Positions 26,416 to 37,100 of a stretch of DNA of 64,000 nucleotides are shown here, piece by piece; the first letter of the stretch is position 1, and every line of letters begins with the position of its first letter. The DNA is taken from contig CBFFRP010000378.1 in the NCBI GenBank assembly GCA_965644295.1, forward strand, positions 62,001 to 126,000. The letters run 5' to 3'. The notes below the pieces were generated by a model that searched no databases, was not told where the DNA came from, and worked only from the letters and a program-made list of their open reading frames with translations. Origin of the DNA: Paraphysomonas bandaiensis. Lineage: Eukaryota > Protista > Chrysophyceae. The position numbers and the translations under genes are program-made.

Positions 26416-28253
26416 ACAGCATCCGGGAATGGGGAATGGACCCACCCCAGGGATATCCGGCAGAAATCCTACGCAATCGACAGAAATCGAGCCAAGGGCA
26501 AAATCGGAGACGACCTCACAACAGCCGCCAAATGCACAGACTGCGACTACACAACGGACAACATGGCACACATGCTCCTCCAATGCACACAACCGGAGAT
26601 TGCCCTCATACGTGAACACGCCTTCCAAACACAGCAAACACAATTTGACAAACTCCACAGGCAACGACACCCTCATCCATGGTTCCACAACGCTCTGACC
26701 AAATTGGCAAGGGTCGCATGGGATCCTACCACACATCAAGTTGAAAGACACTGGACCGGCCAACTCACCGCATCGCAACTAGCAAACGCCTTCGGCTGCA
26801 ACATTTCCACCTCATTACTCGAATATCAGTTCCACAAACTAGAACAATCTGTCACCAAGATTCTGCTCCCTCTCTACAATGGAGGAATAAACATGCTCAA
26901 AAACAGAGGCTGCAGACCGTCTTGTTACATCTAGGAGTCGAAGGGCCGGCTGTTGTCTTTGCCGGATTCGCTGCTTACTAGCAGATATTGTTCTGGCCAT
27001 TCTTTGCCACTAATGCTTGTGTGGTACAAAAGGGACACTAAAAAGTGTCACATGTGTAGGCGTCTTTGGGCCTTGACGAATAAACAGCATCCGGGAATGG
27101 GGAATGGACCCACCCCAGGGATATCCGGCAGAAATCCTACGCAATCGACAGAAATCGAGCCAAGGGCAAAATCGGAGACGACCTCACAACAGCCGCCAAA
27201 TGCACAGACTGCGACTACACAACGGACAACATGGCACACATGCTCCTCCAATGCACACAACCGGAGATTGCCCTCATACGTGAACACGCCTTCCAAACAC
27301 AGCAAACACAATTTGACAAACTCCACAGGCAACGACACCCTCATCCATGGTTCCACAACGCTCTGACCAAATTGGCAAGGGTCGCATGGGATCCTACCAC
27401 ACATCAAGTTGAAAGACACTGGACCGGCCAACTCACCGCATCGCAACTAGCAAACGCCTTCGGCTGCAACATTTCCACCTCATTACTCGAATATCAGTTC
27501 CACAAACTAGAACAATCTGTCACCAAGATTCTGCTCCCTCTCTACAATGGAGGAATAAACATGCTCAAAAACAGAGGCTGCAGACCGTCTTGTTACATCT
27601 AGGAGTCGAAGGGCCGGCTGTTGTCTTTGCCGGATTCGCTGCTTACTAGCAGATATTGTTCTGGCCATTCTTTGCCACTAATGCTTGTGTGGTACAAAAG
27701 GGACACTAAAAAGTGTCACATGTGTAGGCGTCTTTGGGCCTTGACGAATAAACAGCATCCGGGAATGGGGAATGGACCCACCCCAGGGATATCCGGCAGA
27801 AATCCTACGCAATCGACAGAAATCGAGCCAAGGGCAAAATCGGAGACGACCTCACAACAGCCGCCAAATGCACAGGCTGCGACTACACAACGGACAACAT
27901 GGCACACATGCTCCTCCAATGCACACAACCGGAGATTGCCCTCATACGTGAACACGCCTTCCAAACACAGCAAACACAATTTGACAAACTCCACAGGCAA
28001 CGACACCCTCATCCATGGTTCCACAACGCTCTGACCAAATTGGCAAGGGTCGCATGGGATCCTACCACACATCAAGTTGAAAGACACTGGACCGGCCAAC
28101 TCACCGCATCGCAACTAGCAAACGCCTTCGGCTGCAACATTTCCACCTCATTACTCGAATATCAGTTCCACAAACTAGAACAATCTGTCACCAAGATTCT
28201 GCTCCCTCTCTACAATGGAGGAATAAACATGCTCAAAAACAGAGGCTGCAGAC
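26245..28253. repeat. Tandem array of 3 x 668 bp
   Basis: Identical ORFs recur at 26285/26953/27621 (period 668). Only one visible substitution (A>G at about 27875). Ends share the microhomology CAGAC. Confidence 0.97.
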
Positions 28254-28720
28254 ATCACAACATCAAGGTGACACCAATGACGCAACCCTCGACACTTGCA
28301 AGCTCACAACCACACCGCACACACACTGCCACCAACCCGACAATCCTCCAGCTACTTCAAGTAACATCCACCCCTAGAGCCAAGCCCCCACACGATCTCG
28401 CTCCCAACGCAGGCCTGCAATCCCGGTCCGGAAGCAAACGACCCTCACCACCAAACGAAACCCAGACACGATTGAAACTCCCGGACCCTCAGTCACCGAC
28501 TCACACTCACGAATCCCGGCTCACATGTGGCTCCGGACCGCCAGAGACATTACCCAAAGGAAGACCACCGGACTAAGCCCAACACAAGGGATGGTTGTAC
28601 CAAGGTGCTTGCAGCAATGCACAAGCAGTCCCGAGACAACTGAGTATGTAGCAACTCTACTACCACTAGTCCAAAGTCGTCGTAGATAGCTAACAATAGT
28701 AGTTCTCTCGTGTAATAATC
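26416..28720 (+). mobile_element. 5'-truncated non-LTR (LINE-like) retrotransposon: ORF2 C-terminus with CCHC zinc knuckle, partly triplicated
   Basis: Frame reads ..RDIRQKSYAIDRNRAKG..KCTDCDYTTDNMAHMLLQC (C-x2-C-x8-H-x4-C, zf-RVT-like). The third copy continues to a P/T-rich tail ending KGRPPD* at 28576, then a conserved 3' motif. No RT domain is present. Confidence 0.65.
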
Positions 28721-28918
28721 AGATCTTTATATATGCCCTATCTAAGTGGCTATAGTACCAGAACTACATGCATTGCCCATTCAGGACTCTATGATATCAG
28801 TTTAGGACCCTATATCAAGAATATTATAAGGACCCTATACCATGTTTAGGATGCATATTCTATGCTTTACTCATTAAGATGATGGAGGGGGTAATGAGCT
28901 GTGATGCATATCTACACA

Positions 28919-29217
28919 CTGGGGGTGGTTGTGCATTGTATAAGCATCCTTTGTATATTTTGTATTTGTTACAAAATGCCTCTAATATTGAGTCAATAAT
29001 TATGTGTATTCTAGCCGTAGTTGTATTGCAGTAATATAGAAGAGTTATGCTTCAATTTATTTCCGAAAAATAAGATGCTGACTGCCGATACGATCGTTTC
29101 TTTCATTGAAAAGTCATCGTTTTTTCATTAAAAAGTCACTTTTTTTTACTTTTCACTGAAAAATGGTGACTTTTCAATGAAATAATCGATAAAATCGATA
29201 TGCACAACCACCCCCTG
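28919..29217. mobile_element. MITE with hAT-like termini (about 300 bp)
   Basis: Perfect 16-bp TIR GGGGGTGGTTGTGCAT (28921) / ATGCACAACCACCCCC (29200-29215), right end ..CCCCCTG. Subterminal TTTTCATTGAAAAGTCA repeats in both orientations. No clean TSD. Confidence 0.8.
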
Positions 29218-29550
29218 ATCATATATGATGATGTATACTGCAAATTTATTGCAGTGTATATTTCCATCATCTTGTTCAACGTAGGTCAACACTACACTAC
29301 GATCACATCAAGGGTGAATGGATATTATATACTCGAGGTGCACAAGTGTTCATACCAGACTCATCAGTTGCGACATTCTATACATGGTATGCAGGATTGT
29401 ATTTACGTATTACCTGGATATTAGGGGTTTTGGGTCCTTGAATGTTAAAATACTAAAATACCCCAAAGAAAGTAAAACGTAGGATGCAGTGTACTATTAG
29501 TATACAGTTATACGTTCCTTCTTAGGTTGCTGTGTATATTCAGAGTGGTT

Positions 29551-29662
29551 GAATATTGAGACAACAATTATGTGTATTACAGCCGTAGTTATACTGCAGT
29601 TATATAGAGTATTTTTGATTCATTTTATTCCCGAAAAATGAGATGCTAACTGCTGATACGAT
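29551..29662 (+). repeat. Partial second copy of the MITE internal sequence
   Basis: AATATTGAG.CAA.AATTATGTGTATT..AGCCGTAGTT..CCGAAAAAT.AGATGCT.ACTGC.GATACGAT aligns with 28985-29095. Confidence 0.85.
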
Positions 29663-29949
29663 GTTGTTGCTTGAGGAGTAGGAGTGTGTGTAACATGTAT
29701 GCTATGGTGTTATGCACTTGTTTAGGCTTAACCGAAGTGCTTGGTGCCAACGATCTTGTTGCACTGGCGGTGTTACCTGCGTGGTGGTACTTGGCGGGTG
29801 TCACTTACTGAGCATTAGGTTATTGCCTAGAGTAGTCAGCATAACAATACATTGTGTATTACACTTGTGTGTTTGTGTGGTATACCCGTACTGCGAGCCG
29901 TGATTTCGGTTGTCAAACCGGGTTACGTTACAGTGCTGACTGGGCTACA

Positions 29950-31055
29950 TTTTATAGCAGGAAAGCTGTTGACATGGCAGTCGATTTTACAAACTACAGT
30001 ATTGACATCTTCCATTGTAAAAGTAAATATCAGGCAAAGTGGCTTTCGGAGTGTTGTCCAAACTGCACGTGATTTAACTTTTTGTCAATCAAACTGCGAA
30101 GATATATGTGAGAAGCATCAACAGGGGCATTCAGAAGAGCGTCAGAAAGGGTTGACTGTAAAAGATCGTGACGATGTAAGATTGTATGTAAAATGACTGA
30201 TAGTTGAGATAACTTGAACATAAAGTCGGGGAAATACCAAAACCTGGTAAAATGTATCAAACCTGGTGAAATTTTGGATGATGGTCGGAAAAGGGTATAA
30301 TTATGCACAATAAGTAGCTATAAAGATAATAACAGCGTGAAGAATATTATTTATAATATTTTGATTACTTTCGAACATATTACTTCAATATTACAGCAAA
30401 AAACGTCACCGACTACACGTATATGGCACAAACTATTCCGTCATAAGTATCAAGCTATTCTTTGCACTACACCCCACCACTACGTCGACGTTTTCCGGTG
30501 ACAACATTCTCAGATGAGAGCGCGCTTTGATCCACCAATTCTGTTGCAAACTCTGTTGCTATCTCCCATTGCTGTTTTTTAGTACGTTTCTTTGAAGAAG
30601 TGACTGTATAATAAATAAAACAACTAATATTGTACTGTATTACATTAACATACGAACCTTTCTTGTGCCTCAATTTACTAAGAGCAAATAATAAGTGATA
30701 TTGATTATGGTTTATAAATTTGCAGCTTTAAGTATTAATCAAGGTTCTGTTACTTAATTCTCCTTCTCATTCTCCTACCAACTTCTAACAGTAGGCATAT
30801 GTTCACCGATTGCTTTGAAGTTCGATTTTTGGTGGTTACGTATCTGTCAGTCTCGTTGCTGTGTGGAAAGATGTTGATAAAGAATGTGAAAAGAAAATTT
30901 CAGAGAATGATAAGATGTGATACTCACAATAATATTAATTAATTGATAGTGCTGTAATCAGACGTAAAAATAACAAACTTTATATTATTTTATTAAAAGT
31001 TGATGTGATGACCAAACCTGGTAAAACGGTCAAAACCTGGTGAAATTTTGAAAAT
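29950..31055. mobile_element. Degenerate transposon-like relic with about 40-bp direct repeats at 30237 and 31011
   Basis: AAACCTGGTAAAA....TCAAA(A)CCTGGTGAAATTTTG occurs twice about 775 bp apart, flanking a decayed intron-containing fragment (..QWEIATEFATELVDQSALSSENVVTGKRRR). A broken plus-strand frame IDIFHCKSKYQAKWLSECCP lies upstream. Confidence 0.35.
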
Positions 31056-31151
31056 GTCAATTTAAGATGAGTTTTTGATGTGTTTGGCAATAAATAATGT
31101 AGTAGGGTTAAGGAGAAGATGTTTAGAGACATTTAATAAATTTTACATTAG

Positions 31152-34100
31152 TTACAGGTCAAATTCTACACTGCCGTCTCGCAACAAAGCATTAATCACA
31201 GATATACCACCCTCACGAGCAATGCTGATACTGTTATCGGCGTTCGCAGCAAGTTTACCAAGTACCCTTGCCGCCATAATCTTGCTATCTGCACTGTCCT
31301 CACGCAACAATGCAATCAATGCAGATATACCACCCTCACGAGCTATGCTAATACTGTTATCGGCATTTGAAGCAAGTTTACCAAGTACCCTTGCCGCCAT
31401 AATCTTGCCCTCAGCACTGCCCTCACGCAACAAAGCAATCAATGCAGATATACCGCCCTCACGAGCTATGCTAATACTGTTATCGGCGTTCGCAGCAAGG
31501 TTACCAAGTACCCTTGCCGCAATCAACTTGCCCTCAGCACTTCCCTCACGCAACAAAGCAATCAATGCAGATATACCGCCCTCACGAGCTATGATACTAC
31601 TGTTATCGGTGTTTGAAGCAAGTTTATAAAGTGCCGCTGCCACCTTAATCTTGCCCTCTGCACTGCCCTCACGCAACAAAGCAATCAATGCAGATATACC
31701 ACCCTCACGACCTATGCTGATACTGTAATCGGCGTTTGAAGCAAGCTCATAAAGTACCGCTGCCGCCAGGCGCTGGTGTACTGTACTGCGCTCACGCAAC
31801 AATGCAATCAATGCAGATATACCGCCCTCACGACCTATGCTGATACTGTTATCGGCGTTTGAAGCAAGTTTCTCAAGTACCACTGCCACTTTAATCTTGC
31901 TCTCAGCAATGCCCTCACGCAACAAAGCAATCAATGCAGATATATCTTCCTCACGAGCTATACTGTTACTGTAATCGGCGTTTGAAGCAAGTTTCTCAAG
32001 TGCCGCTGCTGCCTTAATCTTGCCCTCAGCACTGCCCTCACGCAACAAAGCAATCAATGCAGATATACCGCCCTCACGAGCTATGCTAATACTGTTCCCG
32101 GCGTTCGCAGCAAGTTTCTCAAGTGCCGCTGCCGCCTTAATCTTGCACTCTGCACTGCCCTTACGCAACAATGTAATCAATGCAGATATACCGTCCTCAC
32201 GAGCTATGGTAATACTGTTATCAGCGTTTGCAGCAAGGCCGCCAAGTATTGCTGCCGCCATATGCTGGTGTACTGAACTGCCCTCACGCAACAAAGCAAT
32301 CAATGCAGATATATCTTCCTCACGAGCTATGCTAAATCTTTTATCGACGTGTAAAGCAAGATTGCCAAGTACCCTTGCCGCCATTGTGTAAACTTGAGCA
32401 CTGCCCTCACGCAACAAAGCAATCAATGCAGATATACCGCCCTCACGAGCTATGCTGATACTGTTATCGGCGTTTGAAGCAAGTCTACCAAGTACTGCTG
32501 CCGCCATACACTCGTCGTAATAACTGCCCTCACGCAACAAAGCAATCAATGCAGATATACCGCCCTCACGAGCTATGCTAATACTGTTTTCGGCGTTCGC
32601 AGCAAGTTTCTCAAGTACCGCTGCCGCCTTAATCTTGCCCTCTGCGCTGCCCTCACGCAACAAAGCAATCAATGCAGATATACCGCCCTCATGAGCTATG
32701 CTGATACTGTTATCGGCGTTCGCAGCAAGTTTACCAAGTACCCTTGCCGCAATCAACTTGCCCTCAGCACTGCCCTCACGCAACAATGCAATCAATGCAG
32801 ATATACCGCCCTCACGAGCTATGCTGATACTGTTATCGGTGTTTGAAGCAAGTTTATAAAGTGCCGCTGCAACCTTAATCTTGCCATCTGCACTGCCCTC
32901 ACGCAACAAAGCAATCAATGCAGATATACCACCCTCACGAGCTATGCGGATACTGTAATCGGCGTTTGAAGCAAGCTCATAAAGTACCGCTGCCGCCAGG
33001 CGCTGGTGTACTGTACTGCGCTCACGCAACAATGCAATCAATGCAGATATACCGCCCTCACGACCTATGCTGATACTGTTATCGGCGTTTGAAGCAAGTT
33101 TCTCAAGTACCACTGCCACTTTAATCTTGCTCTCAGCAATGCCCTCACGCAACAAAGCAATCAATGCAGATATATCTTCCTCACGAGCTATGCTGTTACT
33201 GTAATCGGCGTTTGAAGCAAGTTTCTCAAGTGCCGCTGCTGCCTTAATCTTGCCCTCAGCACTGCCCTCACGCAACAAAGCAATCAATGCAGATATACCG
33301 CCCTCACGAGCTATGCTAATACTGTTCCCGGCGTTCGCAGCAAGTTTCTCAAGTGCCGCTGCCGCCTTAATCTTGCACTCTGCACTGCCCTTACGCAACA
33401 ATGTAATCAATGCAGATATACCGTCCTCACGAGCTATGGTAATACTGTTATCAGCGTTTGCAGCAAGGCCGCCAAGTATTGCTGCCGCCATACGCTGGTG
33501 TACTGTACTGCCCTCACGCAACAAAGCAATCAATGCAGATATATCTTCCTCACGAGCTATGCTAAATCTTTTATCGACGTGTAAAGCAAGATTGCCAAGT
33601 ACCCTTGCCGCCATTGTGTAAACTTGAGCACTGCCCTCACGCAACAAAGCAATCAATGCAGATATACCGCCCTCACGAGCTATGCTAATACTGTTATCGG
33701 CGTTTGAAGCAAGTCTACCAAGTACTGCTGCCGCCATACACTCGTCGTAATAACTGCCCTCACGCAACAATGCAATCAGTGCAGATATACCACCCTCACG
33801 AGCTATGCTAATACTGTTATCGGCGTTCGAAGCAAGCTCATAAAGCACCTCTGCAGCCAGAATCTTACCCTCTGCAATGTCCTCACGCAACAAAGCAATC
33901 AATGCAGATATACCGCCCTCATGAGCTATGCTGATACTGTTATCGGCGTTCGCAGCAAGTTTACCAAGTACCCTTGCCGCCTTAATCTTACCCTCAGCAC
34001 TGCCCTCACGCAACAAAGCAATCAATGCAGATATATCGTCCTCAAGAGCTATGATGACAACATTATGGGTGTTGAAAGCAAGTTTCTCAAGTAGCGCTGT

Positions 34101-37100
34101 CGCCTTTATCTTTATCTCTGCACTGCCCTCACGCAACAAATCAATCAATGCAGATATACCGCCCTCAAGAGCTATTCTATCTCTGTTAAAGCCGCTACGA
34201 GCAAGCTTATCAAGTACATTAGCCGCAGTATACTGAACCGTTGCACTTTCCTCGCGTAACAAAGTAATCAATGTGGATATATCTTCCTCACGAGCTATTC
34301 TATCTCTGTTATTGACCATTGCAGCAAGGTTGCCAAGTACCTCTGCTGCTTTAACTTTGCCCTCTCGACTGCCCTCACGCAACAAAGCAATCAATGCAGA
34401 TACACCGCCCTGATAACCAATGCTGATACTGTTACCGGCGTTTGAAGCAAGTTTACCAAGTACCGCTGCCGCCTTAATCTTACCCTCTGCGCTGTCCAGA
34501 TGCAACAAAGCAATCAATGCAGATATACTGCCCTCACGAGATATACTAATTCTATACTCGGTGTTTAAAGCTAAGCCACCAAGTACTGGTGCCGTCATAC
34601 ACACGTCTTCACAACTGCGCTTACGTAGCAAAGCAATCAATGCAGATATACCGCCCTCACGAGCTATGCTAACTCTGTTATCGGCGTTTGAAGCAAGTTT
34701 ACCAAGTACCGCTGCCGCCTTAGTCTTGCCCTCTCCACTGCCCTCTCGCAACAAAGCAATCAATGCAGATATACCGCCCTCACGAGCTATGCTAATACTG
34801 TTATCGGCGTTTGAAGCAAGTTTCTCAAGTACCGCTGCCGCCTTAATCTTGCCCTCTGCACTGCCCTCACGCAACAAAGCAATCAATGCAGATATACCGC
34901 CCCCACGAGCAATTCCGTTATCTGCGTTAGAAGCAAACTTATGAAGTACTGCTGCAGCCGTAATCTTGCCCTCAGCATTGTCCAGACGCAACAAAGCAAT
35001 CAATGCAGATATACCGCCCTCACTATCTATGCGGGTACTGTAAGCTACGTTTGAAGAAATATTATCAAGTACTGCCACCCTGCCCTCGTCTCCATAACTA
35101 AGCTTATGTAAAAAAGCAATCAATGTAGATATATCACCCTCACGAGCTATGCTGATACTGTTACCGGCGTTCGCAGCAAGTTTACCAAGTACCCTTGCCG
35201 CCATAATCTTGCCATCTGCACTGCCCTCACGCAACAAAGCAATCAATGCAGATATACCACCCTCACGAGCTATGCTAATACCGTTATCGGCGTTTGAAGC
35301 AAGTTGAACAAGTACCCTTGCCGCCATAATCTTGCCCTCCGCACTGCCCTCACGCAACAAAGCAATCAATACAGATATATCTTCCTCTCGAGCTATGCTA
35401 ACTCTGCTATTCCCATTGCCAAAAAGTTTACGAAGTACCGCTGCCGCCTCAGCACTGCCCTCACGCAACAAAGCAATCAAAGCAGATATACCACCCTCAC
35501 GAACTATGCTGTTACTGTAATTGTCTGTCCCAGAATAAATATTAAGTACTGCAGCAGCCAAACGCTGGTCTCCTTCGCTGCCCTCACGCAACAAAGCAAT
35601 CAATGCAGATATATCACCCTCATAAGCTATTCGGATACTGTTACCGGCATTTGAAGCAAGTTTACCAAGTACCGCTGCCGCCTTAATCTTACCCTCTGCA
35701 CTGCCCTCACGCAGCAAAGCAATCAATGCAGATATACCACCCTCACGAACTATGCGGATACTGTGGTCACAGCTTCGGGTAAATTTATCAAGTACCGCTG
35801 CCGCAATAATCTTGCCCTCTGCACTACACTCACGCAACAATGCAATCAATGCAGATATACCGCCCTCACGAGTTATGTTAACTCTGTTATCCTCTTTGGC
35901 AGCAAGTTTACCAAGTGCCGCTGCCGCCTTAGTCTTGCCCTCTGCACTGCCCTTACGCAACAAAGCAATCAATGCAGATATACCGCCCTCACGAGCAATG
36001 CAAACTCTGTTATCGGCGTTCGCAGCAAGTTTACCAAGTACCGCTGCCACCTTAATCTTACCCTCTGCACTGCCCTTACGCAACAAAGCAATCAATGCAG
36101 ATATACCGCCCTCACGAGCTATGCTGATACTGTTATCGGCATTTGAAGCAAGCTCATAAAGTACCTCTGTAGCCATAATCTTGCCATCAGCACTGCCCTC
36201 ACGCAACAATGCAATCAATGCAGATATACCGCCCTCACGAGCTATGCTAACTTTGTTATCGGCGTTTGAAGCTAGTTTATAAAGTACCACTGCTGCTTTA
36301 ATCTTACCCTCTACACTGCCCTCACGCAACAAAGCAATCAATGCAGATATACCGCCCTCGCGAGCTATGCTAATACTGTAATCGGCGTTCGCAGCAAATT
36401 TTTCAAGTACCGCTGCCGCCTTAACCCTACCCTCTGCAATACCCTCACGCAACAAAGCAATCAATGCAGATATACCACCCTCACGAGCTATGCTAATACT
36501 GACATCGTTGATTGAAACAAGTTTCTCAATTACTGCTGCAGCCTTAACCTTACACTCTGCACTGCCCTCACGCAACAAAGCTATCAACACATATACACCG
36601 CCATCACGAGCTATGCGGATACTGTTATCGGCGTTCGCAGCAAGTTCATCAAGTACTCCTGCCAACAACATCTTATCTTCTGCATAGCCTTCACCCAACA
36701 AACCTATCAATGCAGATATACCGCCCTCACGACCTATGCTAACACTGTTATCGGCGTTCGCAGCAAGTTTACCAAGTACCACTGCCGCCTTAATCTTACC
36801 CTCAGCACTGCCCTCACGCAACAATGCAATCAATGCAGATATACCGCCCTCACGAGCTATGCTGACAATGTTCACGGCGTTTGAAGCAAGTTTATCAAGT
36901 ACCGCTGTCGCCATAACCTTACCCTCTGCACTGCCCTCACGCAATAAAGCAATCAATGCAGATATATCATCCTCACGACCAATCCTGATACTGTTATCGG
37001 CGTATAAAGCAAGTTTGCAAAGTACTGCTGCCGAAATCAATTTGCCCTCTGCACTGCCCTTACGCAACAAAGCAATCAATGCAGATATACCGCCCTCACG

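Noticed and set aside
26285-28114. 137-aa plus and 132-aa minus ORFs repeated three times
   Set aside because: Off-frame readings of the LINE relic; only the frame with the CCHC knuckle has a recognisable motif.
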